Origin: Chiloscyllium plagiosum
Lineage: Eukaryota
NCBI RefSeq assembly: GCF_004010195.1
Contig: NC_057740.1
Span: 33,138,165 to 33,193,681 of the forward strand
Length of the DNA stretch: 55,517 bases
Direction of reading: 5' to 3'
Shown here: positions 26,812-39,070 of the stretch, in pieces
Layout of the letters: each line of letters begins with the position of its first letter
How positions within the stretch are numbered: position 1 is the first letter of the stretch
Position numbers and translations under genes: made by a program
The notes under the pieces: generated by a model
What the model was told of the DNA's origin: nothing
Seen by the model: only the letters and a program-made list of their open reading frames with translations
The model's database searches: none

Positions 26812-27340
26812 TTATAGAGTCATAGAGGTGTACAGCACAAACAGATCCTTCGGTCCAACTCGTCCAGGCTGACCAGATATCTCAACCCAATCTAGTCCCA
26901 CCTGCCAGCACCCGGCCCATATCCCTCAACCCCACCTATTCATATACCAATCCAGATGCCTTTTAAATATTGCAATTGTACCAGCCTCTACCACCTACTC
27001 TGGTAGCTCATTGCAGACATGTACCACCCTCTGCGTGAAAAAGTTGCCCCTTGGGTCTCTTTTATATCTTTCCCCTCTCTCACCCTAAACCTATGTCCTC
27101 TAGTTCTAGACTCCCCCACCCTATATCCCTCATGATTTTGTAAACCTCTATAAGGTCACCCCTCAGCCTCTGATGCTCCAGGGAAAACAGCCTAGCCTCT
27201 TCAGCCTCTCCCTCTAGCTCAAATCCTCCAACCCTGGCAACATCCTTGTAAATCTTTTCTGAACCCTTTCAAGTTTCACAACATCTTTCCAATAGAAAGG
27301 GGACCAGAATTGCACGCAATATTCCAACAGTGGCCTAATT
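26812..27340 (-). mobile_element. CR1-type LINE 3' fragment
   Basis: Highly similar to 1331-1880. Confidence 0.9.
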
Positions 27341-27356
27341 CTTTAGAAGGCACATT

Positions 27357-27663
27357 TAGAATCCCTACTTTGTGGAAACGGGCTCTTCAGCCCAACAAGT
27401 CCACACCAACCCTCCAAAGGATAACCCACCCAGATCTATTCTCCTACATTTACCCCTGACTAATGCACCTATACTACACATACCTGAACACCCTGGGCAA
27501 TTTACCTAACCTATACATCTTTGGATTGTGGGAGGAAACCGGAGCACCTGGAGGACATCCACGCAGACATGGGGAGAATGTGCAAACTCCACAGTCGCCC
27601 AAGGCTGGAATTGAACCCAGGTCCCGGGTGCTGTGAAGTAGCAGTGCTAACCACTGTGCTACC
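27357..27663 (-). mobile_element. HE1-type shark SINE
   Basis: Homologous to 25001-25335 and 49016-49301. Confidence 0.88.
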
Positions 27664-28473
27664 CCTTCTATTTTCCCCCGTTGAAGAACAGCATTTTGTA
27701 GTTCCAACATTGCAATTTTCTCCTCCTACTCTTTTTTTTCTCTCTGAAGCTTGGCTGAAACAAACCAGGTGAGACTATATTACAAAAATCAGTGCTTTCC
27801 AAGCTTGAGAAGTTCTAATGAAATATTAAACCTTATTATTTTCCCAGACTGACCATGAGCTAAATACCTCAAATGTCTCGTTAGTATTTATATTATTGCT
27901 AGAAAAGTGCTAGTTTGTCAGATTTTAAACAAATGCAGAACAGGCATTTATCAGAACAGGACAAGATGTCTCACTTTTCATCTCCAAGTGCTAGTTGAAT
28001 AGCAACATTGATGTAACAATGTTTCTTGCCAACAGGACAGTACAGGCCAAACAGTACTCAACAGGGAACAGCCAGTGGATTAAATGAACTCCAAGTTCCC
28101 AAAGGTTTGAATTTGTGGGCAATGTGCAAAGTTGGAGTGTTGTTTTCATTCAACAAAGGATCATGGTTATGAAATTAATATAAATAGCAATGGGGCAGTA
28201 AATAGTATCAAAGTATATCCTTTAAGTTCAGACAAGATTGCTAAATGTAATTGTGTACAAGTATGCACTAAATTGAATATTTTTTAAATTACCCTTTGAA
28301 AATCTGTTTGAAATCTGTAGTCAGCAAACAGTAAAGATTTATGAGGAACAATTTGATTTTAAAGAATTCTAAGTGAAGTTTTGCAGAAAGTTTAAATTTA
28401 TTGCTATATATTGGCTCAAATTGAAAAAGTATCAGAATCTGCTTTTGACTTAAATGAGCAATTTCTCATTTTA

Positions 28474-28620
28474 GTTGAAACGTTTCGGGCACAGGCCCTT
28501 CTTCAGGCCTGTGCCCGAAACGTCGAATCTCCTGTTCCCTGGATGCTGCCTGACCTGCTGTGCTGTTCCAGCAATAAAGTTTCAACTTTGATCTCCAGCA
28601 TCTGCAGACCTCACTTTCTC
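28474..28620. mobile_element. Young short PLE insertion with 5' inversion
   Basis: 15-bp direct repeat caatttctcatttta (28459, 28621); nearly identical to 40234-40350; minus-strand CTGAAGA...GAAACGT core. Confidence 0.88.
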
Positions 28621-30380
28621 CAATTTCTCATTTTAAAATTGTATTTTCTGACTGGAAATTTCAGGTAATTGTATTTAAAGTGGACTTTTCAGAAAATTCA
28701 GGTGTTCTATCTTACTTAGCAAATTTTATACACAGGATAGTCATTGTTTTTGTATGATGTGCTCCAGTTATGTCTCCTAGACATATCTTGTTTCTTCTGG
28801 CCTTGAGGCATGTGTGATTTTATTGGTGTTTTTTCTTCTTCACATTGACAACTGGAATTGCACTGAGTCAGCTTTCCATCTCTGGTATAAGACTTCCAAC
28901 AAAATTTTATCTCGTTATTATTAAAACTTGCATTCTTGTCTTGAGTTATGACATTGGTTGGTTGGTTGTTTGTTTGTATGTATGTATTGTGCTGTTTAGA
29001 AGGAATGCAGATTCCTATTGGGACCAAAATTGGGCATTCAGTTATTCAAATTGCCTTGGTAGGGGAAAAAAACTATTTAATTCTTTAAATACAATGACTT
29101 AGTTGGACTTGAATGAGCCTGAATACCAATTACATCATGGCTGTTTTCTGGTATGGATGGAATAATTGTTTAGAGATAATGTTGAATTAAAAGCAACAAA
29201 CAGTCCCAGTTGTCCATGGATTGATGTGAACTGTGTTGAGAAAACTAAGATTGAGTAAATCTTTCCAGAGTTTTTTTTTCTTAAACTACAAGGATTCAAT
29301 ATGAGTCTTTAATTTGAATTTTCTTTAGGAAACTTTGTACATCCCTATTAAAGTTTTCTTTTGTATTTTTTTGAGTTTGTTCTCAGCAATTTCATGTTCC
29401 AATGATTTGAGAAGTGTGTGCCAGGTGAGTATTCTGTTTGAAGGTGAAAGTTCAGACCTTTGGGATGGAACCCACTGCAGTATGCCATCAGGTTGCAAAT
29501 GTAGTTTCTGTAATTTTCATGTTTACAAGTTGGGTATTTCTAAGGTCTTAATAAATATGATTAACTTCAGAAGGAGTGGAGAAGCAACTATGATAAACAT
29601 TGGAGAAGTTGGAAATGTCACAATTTAACATTTTAGCGAGCATTTCTTTTTGAGTATTAATCTTGAGTCAATAGAAAGAAAGGTTGATCTCAGCTAGCAA
29701 AAAAAAAAGAAATAAACTAAACATCAGGTTTTTAAAAGTGCAATTCACTGAGGAGTTTTCAACCTCAAATTAGCAATTGTGGGTTTCAAACAGCTAAACG
29801 GACAGACATCCTCACTTTAGAGGACAGTTTATAATTTGTTCCTCTCCAAAGGATGATGCTTTATTGATTGCAGGGTCAGTAGGTTTTAATAAATTGTTTA
29901 CTGTGATTACACAATGTGTTGCAGAACAATGAATGTGTTAGATGCACTACTTGTTACTTAAGCTCAATAAAAATATTGAACTAATTTTTATTTAGTTTTT
30001 TTGAATGAAGATTGATCTTGGATTTGTTCATTAAATAACGTTTTTGATCATTTGAACTTTTAGTCTGAAAATAGTTTTGGAGGAGAAATGGAAAATGAAA
30101 TAGAAAAGCCTGTATACTTCAGCACTTTTAACTGCATACTTTGATTTAACTTGACCATTGTTTCATTTGTGATGCTGAGCTCCAATCTTGTGTTGCCAAT
30201 GCCCTAGACTTCATGCAACATGCCCCTACATAAAACCTACAACAAAATCTCAGTTCTGACAACACAAATCCTTCTGTGATGTCATCAGATTCCTACTGTA
30301 GCTTAGAAACATATGACCAGCTACTGCTCACGATGTGTAACATTGTGGAGCTAAACAGAACAGATACTAAATGACCAACA

Positions 30381-30511
30381 ATGTCAATGACTGCAACCAG
30401 ATTCATTTTCACTCTGATAGTTTTGGCCACCCTGTATGTTCTGTTCTTATATGGAACTGCCTTGTTTCCCTTTATCAATACAATTATTTTTCTGTATCCA
30501 GCCTACTTCTC
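30381..30511 (+). CDS. REEP5/6-like paralog, first coding exon, homologous to exon 2 (MSMTATRFIFTLIVLATLYVLFLYGTALFPFINTIIFLYPAYFS)
   Basis: Ends YPAYFS with the same phase-2 donor TC|GTAAGTATG as REEP6 exon 2. LYVLFLYG aligns to [11 protein letters not shown] at 30381 has A at -3 and an in-frame TGA at 30372. The 5' boundary is uncertain (possible acceptor before 30421). Confidence 0.8.
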
Positions 30512-30859
30512 GTAAGTATGTGATGGTTTCTAAATCAATATCAGAAAAGTCTTCTCCAAGATGCTTGCAATTCTTTTCGTTTTGCATTCTTGCCTTTTTT
30601 TAAAATTAGGCTTGCCTTTTCTTTTTAGGGTCATCATTCTGTCTTGTTTCCCAACTTCTCCCCAAGCACACTGCTTTTTGGAGATTGTGTTGTGATCATC
30701 CAGCAGCTTAATCATGACTGTTAATTGATGTTCAATTACAACACTGTCATAAAGCAACTTTTGAAACCAATTCACTCAATACGCACATTCCATTGTGCTC
30801 TGATATAAATCCTCTGGTTGCCCCAATCACAAAGATAGTAAAAAGAGCTGAATTAAAGC

Positions 30860-31560
30860 CAAAGAGTGAAATTTTGCAGAAGAATAGGGCAACAAGTCAG
30901 GCAGCATCCAAGGAGCAGGAGAATAGGGCAGGCCTAACATACTAACTGAAGTTGCAGTGAAAGTGGAAATACAGCATAGGCTAAAAGTTAAGGGAGTGAA
31001 CTAGACTAATATTAGATTAAATTATAAAGGATAACCCCACCCTGAATGGACCAGGATACATGTGAGCATACTGAAGGAAGTGGAAATAGAAATTGGAAGA
31101 CTAGTTCCTCCCCAATTAGCCTTTAGATGTAGGAATGATACCAGAATATTGGAGAATGGCAAATATTTACACCCTTTATCAGAGAAGGGTGTAAAAGTAT
31201 GCACATCAATGTCAGAGCAAAGCTGCAGTGGTGTGGAAGCTTGATCAAGCAATAGCCTGGAATAACATTAACAGCCACTTTAGATTAAGAGAAATTGGAA
31301 TGGATTTGTTGTGGGGGAAAATAGTGTTTAACCAACTTGCTCGAGTTCCTAAATAAGGAGACATGATTAGGGCAATCCAGTTGAGACACACATGGACTTA
31401 AAAAGCATCTTGGCAGACTATCAGCAGAGTTGAAGACTGTATCCATCTTATTATTGACTCTTACTCTACAAAGTTTGATGTGTGACAGAAAACCAAACAG
31501 TAATTGTAAAAAGTCCTGCAGTCAGCATAAACAATGGAGTTCCCTTAGACTAACCAGTCT
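30860..31560 (+). mobile_element. Old CR1 RT remnant (further degenerate CR1 pieces at ~32650-34100)
   Basis: Degenerate GIHxRILKE, WRxANI and CLTNLLEF-type coding remnants. Confidence 0.55.
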
Positions 31561-32252
31561 GTAATTCCAAAAGCTGACTCTCTTGAATGCCACACGCTCC
31601 CCACATTCAGTTCTGGAAAAAGTCATACTGGACATGACGTTAGCTCTGTTTCTCCCTGTTGTTACTGCCCTGCCCTGTTTCTCCAGCATTCTGTGTTTGT
31701 TTCACACCATCAACACTTGTGTTCCCAGACCATGGTTTCTTTCCAAATTAACTTGTACCTTCAATTCTTCTTCCACCTACATTCATCATGAATCACAAAA
31801 AGCTGTAAAACATCCAAAGGTTATTGAGGAAAGAATTCTAATACTCAGTGCAAGATGTATTTGGTTAATATTTTAGACCTTTGTTCTGTTAATGAGTTAA
31901 GTTAATCATAAATGCTGCCTAAAAGTTAATGATACAGCTATCACTGTTGAATTGAGCAAGTTAATAGGTAATTGTTAAATACCCCATAAGCATGCATAGA
32001 ACATCAGTCTTAACTACAGACATCTTGTCTGTAAAGTGAAAAATGAGATTTTAATTTTGTTTTTCCACTTCTAAGCAAAACAGAAAACATCAATGGACAT
32101 TTTAGGTTTGTTGGTAAGATTGGTACACTCATGGAAGTTAAATATATCAAAGCAGCTTTGACCAACACTGTTAGTGAATAATTTAATTTATATTTGTCAA
32201 TTGTGCTCGACATGTTCAGATGAACTGTGAATCTGGACCTGCAAACATGCCA

Positions 32253-32480
32253 GGAGAAAGTGAAGACTACAGATGCCAGAGAGTCAGAATCAAAAAGGTG
32301 GTTCTGGAAAAGCACAGCAGGTCAGGCGGCATTGGAGAAGCAGGTGAGCCGATGTTTCAGGCATAAGCCCTTCCATCAGGAATGTTCCTAAAGAAGGGCT
32401 TATGCCCGAAACGTCGACTCTTCTGTTCCTCAGATGCTGCCTGACCTGCTGTGCATTTCCAGCAGCACCCTTTTCGACTC
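32253..32480. mobile_element. Inverted pair of PLE terminal repeats
   Basis: gtttcaggcataagcccttccatcagg facing cctaaagaagggcttatgcccgaaacgtcg. Confidence 0.8.
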
Positions 32481-35400
32481 CGCAAAGAAGCCAAATTGTT
32501 TTCAACTTAATAGGTTTAATTTGCCCTTCTATCCTTAACCCAGACACTTTTCTCTATATAAAATATGAAAACTTTTCTATTCATGAAGCAGCTTTTTAAT
32601 TCAAATAGCGATCCAGTTATAAAGCAATGTAGACTTTGGAATTTGTGCAACTTTTGTACAATGCACTATTTGCTATTTACTCAAATATAAAGGCCGGTTA
32701 ATAAGATAAATTTAATCTAGAACAATATGAAAGCTGCCCTTGCTATACAAGGGCAGCAGAGTAAGAAGTATAGATTTAGGAAGAACTATAGTACGGCAGT
32801 TGGAACAGATGGTTAATTTAAGACCTAATTCAATAATTACACACAATCTCAAACAATTTGCATGGTGTGCTACAGAAGATAACAGAAACCAATTACACTG
32901 TCCATAATGGGCTTTGCTTGAAAATACTTAGTTGGGTATATGGGTATTTTTACTCGGGGTGGTTTAGTTTTTACAGAAAAAAAAGTCACTGTGACTTTAA
33001 TGGGAAGCTCACAGAATTGAGTGTGATAATATTTCTAGATAGTTGGGGAAAAAATAGGTTGTTGGAAATATTTAAGAAATGAGTTAGCCCAGTGTACATG
33101 AGAACCATGTGGGATTATCCAACATAACCCTGCATCTCTTTTTCTCCAAGATCTCAGTGCATGAAGTCTTGGGTAGACATGAGGCCATACTTTAGATCCA
33201 GAAAGTAAAAATCAAGTGTTGTTTAAAATAAAAAGCAATTTAGGGACCCTGTATACAGAGCCTGTAGTCTAATGGGTACAAAAGTAGTTAAAAAATAAAG
33301 GCAATAGTGTGTTCCTCTTTAAAATCTAAATGGCTGATACATGAAGAGAGAGAGAGTTGTTGCATATGGAAAACCTAGGTTAGAGATGTGTTCTCAAAAG
33401 TTCAAAGAACTGCACCTTAGGTCTCCTATGTAACACTTTTCGTCAAAATGTTACCAAATCTCCAAGGGTTAAATTGAGGTCAGATTATATTTACTACGAT
33501 TGTAATGTCTTGATAGGAGGCATTTATAAAATTAAGGGTTATCCCCTTTAGGACAGCTGATTTTGTTTCTTGAGGGTTACGCAATTTTGGAACTCTGCCT
33601 CGGAAGGCAGTGGCAGAGATGGGAATCATTATTTTTATCAGTGAGAGAGATGGATGGATGATTATTAGGTGAGGTTATTGTGAGTAGCTGGGACTGTGAG
33701 AATTCAACACAACGAATCAAAAGCAAACTTGCTGTGCAGGCTCAAGGGGTTAAATGACCTACTCCTCCTCTAAGCCTATATATCTCTTTGAAATATAAAG
33801 GTAAAAAGGTGATTTCATGAAGCATTTAGTTTTTAGATTTTTGTTTTCTAATGCTGGATTAAGTTTTAAGGGGAATGATAATAAAATCAGAGCCAATCCA
33901 ATCTAGAGGGAAGTTGTAGGCAATAATTCTTCAAGAAAAGGATGCTTAGCATGTAAAATTCACTCCCACACAGAAGAAAGATTCTGTTGTTTTGCAAGAC
34001 ATGACTAAAAAAATGATATGGAGTCAAGATAAAGATGACCTGTGGTCTTACAGAACAATAGTACAGGTGCAGGGGCCTAAAAAGACTTCCACTTGGTCCT
34101 GTGAGAACTGAGCAGACTCCAATGTTAAGTCAGCTTTCATTGAGGGGAGGCAATGTGAAGAGAAAACTTGACACTCCATCAGACATAAACAGGACGTTTC
34201 CACTTTTGGTTAGAGCAAAACCAGGAACCATGAGGTAAGGGTATGAAAGCTAATTATATTGTCTTGATTTAAAATACACCAACTTATGACAGTCACCAAT
34301 AAATTTAAAAAGGAATTCATGCAAAACTGTGGCCCATGGTGAAGCTGTTAAAAAATTGTATTAATTTTATCTTGGGTTATAAATTTTGTTCCTTGCGCTT
34401 TGAAAGGCAGAGAAGATAGATCAAATTATTGAAGAATCTTGGTCAGATAGCATTGAAAAATCTTTTTCAACTGTTGAGTAGTTAATGTCAGAATATATTG
34501 CCTGAAACCATGGGGAAGGCTGTTTCAATTTGCACTTCTGAAAGGGAATTACTGTTCTCCCAAAAGGAATACTGTTCAGGATTGTGGGAAGAAGGTGTAG
34601 GAATAGTGCTAAGTGAATTCAGTGAACAACCAAGACTTTGAGAGTGATTAAAAATTCCAAAATATTTTTCTACTCATAAGCAATACAATTGAAAAACTGT
34701 TCTATTATAATCCTTAATATATTGGTATCTTAGACATGCATTTCAGTGTGTGGTATCTACTGTGTTACTGAGCCATAGCAGTCTGGAAGTTCCTAGATTT
34801 AATTTCTGGTCCGCACTGAGGTAGGAGTGGGCTGTTTACTTGGTGCATTAAGCTTGTTCTGCCATATATTGAGATCATGGCTGACCTGCAAACTATCCAA
34901 CTTTGTGACTTTCAGTCACAAAAATCTATCCATGTCAAATTTAAACTGGTGATTGTTTTTCAAATGACACTTGATAAACAATGATCCAAGTTTCTGCAAA
35001 CTTTGCATATAGGATTGTTTCTTAATTGCATTGCCCTAGACTAAGACTCCTCAAGTGGTAGAAATAGGTTTTCTTCTATCTACTCCATTTCCCATGATAT
35101 CATGAAAACTTTGAACGAACCATGTCTTAAGTTGGTGTATTTTAATCGAGGCAATACAATTAGCCTTATACCCCTAACACATGGGGTAGGGGGGTTGCAT
35201 GGCATGGAATGCAACCAGACTTTGCACTTCTGACTGATATCTAGAAGAAACCATCATGGCCAAACAATTTGTACAATTCATCAAGCTCATTTAAAAATTG
35301 TGCATTTCCATGTTTGGTGCTAATGGGTTGATGGCACCTGCTGAACCATGGCCAAGTTGGAAGCAACATCCTCAGGATATGGCCAAAGAAGAAAGGGAGA

Positions 35401-35502
35401 GATTTTTCAGATAGAAGATAAATTGATTAGTGTTCAGACTAATAATGTCCTGATGCAATCAAGTAGGAGTGATGTGACTGTCCTTAATCTTTGGCTTTCT
35501 AG

Positions 35503-35641
35503 AATTCTAGCTATCGAAAGTGACAATAAAGAGGATAAATTGAAGTGGCTTATGTACTGGGTGATATATGGAGTATTTTCAATATTTGAATGTGCAGCTG
35601 GCCTCCTTCTGTATCTGTTACCAGACTATCATAAAGTGAAG
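35503..35641 (+). CDS. REEP5/6-like paralog, exon homologous to exon 3 (ILAIESDNKEDKLKWLMYWVIYGVFSIFECAAGLLLYLLPDYHKVK)
   Basis: 139 nt like REEP6 exon 3, same phases, AG/GT intact, 24/46 residues identical by manual alignment. Confidence 0.9.
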
Positions 35642-35744
35642 GTACGAAACTGATTTTATCTCTGCCCTCCTATGATCATCAGTTAAATCTAGCTTATTAA
35701 GATCAGCCCATACCCATAAAATGTAGTACATTTATATAATTTCG

Positions 35745-36105
35745 GTAGTTGTGGGTATGTTCACTGAGCTGGGAAGTTGATTTGCAGACATTTCATCCCC
35801 TGTCTAGGTGACATCTTCATTGCTGTAGAGCCTCCTGTGAAGCATTGCTGTACTTGGGCTTCTGGATTTTCTTTGGTTCCGTTTCTGCTGCTTCCAGTTC
35901 CGGCTATTTGACTGTTGCAATGAACAACCAGAAGCGGCAGGAATGAAGCCAAATAAATTCCAGAAGAGACAGTACAGCAGCAGCATTCTAAAGCAATGAA
36001 GATGTCATCTAGACAAGGGCTGAAAGGTCTGCAAATCAACTGCCCAGCTCAGCGAACGTATCCACAACAGGCACTCAAGCTGCAAATCCTTATGCAAACC
36101 TTGAT
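35745..36105. mobile_element. Older fold-back PLE fragment
   Basis: Inverted arms related to the 11937 and 43276 family. Confidence 0.75.
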
Positions 36106-36760
36106 GTCCAATTTCTCTTTAATATTGAATGTATATTAGAAAATATGAGCTGAATAGATGTGCTTTTATTTCTCCTATTTTGCTGTTATAACTTGAACAA
36201 AAGCCAAAAAAGTGTACTTCTGAAATAGGTATGCAGGCAACATGAACTTTATTTCTCATGTGCCCTGGAACTGGTACATGCAGTGTTTAAAACCACTGCC
36301 TCAAGAAGCCATCAAACGTAAGAAACGTTGGGAGCTTCCTATCACTGAGGCAGCAAAATCAAAGCCAACAATGTCCAGGAACCATGGATAAGCCCTCTTT
36401 CTTCAGATGTTGATCATGAACTGATGTTCTGACCATATCATATGGCTTCAATGTGTGTAGGGGTCAGGGAAACCATTTTAGACTCTCCAACCAAACTTGC
36501 AAGTAACAGTGGGGCAGAAGGAAGCTATGCTGTATTGTTGCCTCAATATTGTTGGTATACCACTTATTACGTTGCCAAAACATAATTTATTATAATTATA
36601 CAGGGAAAGCAAAATACAACAAGTCACTGCTGGGAAAACTCAGATTCAATCTGGCTGAATTAGACTGCAACCCAAGAACAAGAAGCCACTGTTTAAGCAA
36701 TTGTATTAAAGTATCCCCAAAAGCTTGCTCCATAAGTAACAATTTTTTTTTATTCTTCAG

Positions 36761-36917
36761 AGTATCTTTCTGATGTGGTGCATGGCACCAATCGATTGGA
36801 ATGGTTCTCGTATAATTTACATGAATTTCATCCGTCCCTTCTTTTACAAGCATAAACCCATGATGGATGAACTTGATGAGAAAATTACAGAGGTTATTGA
36901 TAATGTGAAGATGGAAG
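36761..36917 (+). CDS. REEP5/6-like paralog, exon homologous to exon 4 (SIFLMWCMAPIDWNGSRIIYMNFIRPFFYKHKPMMDELDEKITEVIDNVKME)
   Basis: Acceptor ttttttattcttcag, WCMAPxxWNGS and IRPxFxKH motifs, phase-1 donor GAA G|GTAAAG. If the donor is read through, the stop is at 36950-36952. Confidence 0.88.
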
Positions 36918-37103
36918 GTAAAGCCAATACTGAAGTAAATATCAGAAGATGAACAAAAGATGGAACAGAACAGTGAGAAAGGTTTAAGTTTGCATGTAAC
37001 CCTGAACCAGTGACCCCCTGAAAGATTTGGAAACTTTGAAATGCAGAAGGAGGAAAAGCAAAAGGTTCCAATCATCCGCTAAGTCCATATAAGAAAGTAC
37101 ATA

Positions 37104-37322
37104 CAGTTGGTTCTGATATATTGCGATAGTTCCGTTCTCGTGCAATTTCGCGTTGTAAGACAGTCATGTAATAGCTGTGCTACATAAACTAATGGGGTCG
37201 GAATTGCATTATAGCCAATACAGGTAAGGACACTTTGAGTTCTACAAATAACTGTCTAAGTTCGTCAATCATGTTAAAGCTAATTGGCATTGGAGAAATG
37301 TGTGTTATAGCAGAACCAACTG
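37104..37322. mobile_element. Tc1/mariner(pogo)-type MITE
   Basis: 17-bp TIRs cagttggttctg(a/c)tata (16/17 match) with TA on both sides. Confidence 0.85.
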
Positions 37323-38342
37323 TACTAACTATAATCCAATGTGTTTATGAACTGGTAAAGGCAGTATTTGAACTCTGTCCTCATGAAACAACTGAATAAG
37401 AAAATCAGGACCTTGCTCACAATTTAGAAACAATTGCAGGTTTTAGAGGGGCCGAAAGAAGGTATGCTATATAATTGCCTCAATATTGTTGGTATATCAC
37501 TTATTTCATTGCCAAAACTTAAATTACTATAATTATACAGGAAAGGCATCTTACAAGGTGTCACTGCTAATTTAACCTCAGCTTGATATGCAGATCCAGT
37601 AATTTCCATAAAGCTATTGCTTGTGTCCATTTGACACCCATTCCCTGAAGTGTCAATAGATTACAGAAATCCCTATGTGTACTTGGACACTGCGCACACA
37701 CTCTCTCAAGACAAGTGGCCATGCACAAGGACACAGAAATGAGGTAGGCAGCCACACGGACTCCTCTGGGCAACATCTAGCCTGTACTGTCAAGTCCAGG
37801 AGAATAGCCACCAGGAGATCTTCCAAATTACTAGACTACAGCCACCATCCCCCATCCACCAGGATAGTGAAGATCAGGAGCCCAAGGATAATAACTAAAA
37901 ACGTTGAGGAGTAGCTCCTTCAAACAATTGAATAGAGGCACAAACCACCACCACCAGCATATCATATAAATTTAGACCATAACTCATCTAAACTGCAAAA
38001 GATGCATGCGGCAGAGGACTCTGAGAAGTAACTTGTGAATATGTTAAACATTATTGCTCAGAGCAACATTCATTACTCAAGTCTCCAATTGTACAAAGAT
38101 GGCTAAACCTCTTCAAACATGTTTATTTCATTAATAATATTTAAAATCTGTGTAACTAGCAATTAGAAATCTAAAATGAAATAATTATTTAAATTAAAAC
38201 TAAAAATTGAATCATATATTTAGCAATGACCATTTTATTGATTTATGATTGAATTGTTAACTTTTGAGTACCCTAGTGGGTATAGTAACAATCATAATCA
38301 AAGTGGATTGCAACAGCAAAGTCATGTGACTGTATGACTTAA

Positions 38343-38565
38343 CATGTCATGCAGTCTAATTGCATTAGCTCAACCAGGAATACTTTAACTAAGCTTTTTT
38401 ATGTTTTGGATGTAGGTTATTGTTTGTGTTCCGGTTAGATTCACACATGTATTGGGACATAATTTTTAACCGTTTCACCACACCATGTCATGCAGCCTGA
38501 TTGCATTAGCTCAACCAGGAATACTTTAACTAAGCTTTTTTATGTTTTGGATGTAGGTTATTGTT
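38343..38565 (+). repeat. 82-bp direct duplication, period 141
   Basis: catgtcatgcag...gtaggttattgtt at 38343-38424 and 38484-38565. Confidence 0.9.
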
Positions 38566-38711
38566 AAAGACTTTACAAATTACATTCTCTCCAAAAAAGA
38601 AGTGATTGAAACTGCAGTGAGGAGCTGCTCACTACTACCTTGTCTAAGCCTTTAATTTCTGTCAATGGCAAGCTGTGACCTTTAATTTGACACAAGAAGG
38701 AGCCTTTCAAA

Positions 38712-39070
38712 CTCATAGAGTCATACAACACGGGAACAGATCTTTCGGTCAACCAGTCCATGCCAACCATGTTGCCAAATTAAACTAGTCCCACCTGCCT
38801 GTGCTTGGCCCATATCCCTCCAAACATTTCTTATTTATGAACATATCCAAATGTCTTTTAAACGTTGTGACTGTATCCACATCCACTGCTTCCTCTGGAA
38901 GTTCATTCCACACACGAACCACTCTCTGTGTAAAACAATTGCCCCTAATGTCTTTTATAAATCTTTCTCCTCTCACCTTAAAAATATGCCCCCAGTCTTG
39001 AAATCTCCAACCCTAGGAAAAAGATACTTGCTATTTACCTCTATAAGGTCACCCCTCAAACTCCTACTCT
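38712..39070 (-). mobile_element. CR1-type LINE 3' end
   Basis: FTQRVVRVWNELPEE...FKRHLD motif and catagagtcata tail. Confidence 0.9.

Noticed and set aside
30279-30374. In-frame upstream ORF ending in TGA before the paralog ATG (readthrough, selenocysteine or a nonsense-mutated N-terminus)
   Set aside because: It has no similarity to REEP exon 1 and there is no SECIS evidence; 31 open codons can occur by chance.
37743-37898. Open frame ending QDSEDQEPKDNN*, resembling the REEP6 tail EKDKNN*, as the paralog's last exon
   Set aside because: There is no convincing phase-1 acceptor (only a weak AAG at 37794), and 42356 and 49832 have much better splice signals. It is not fully excluded.
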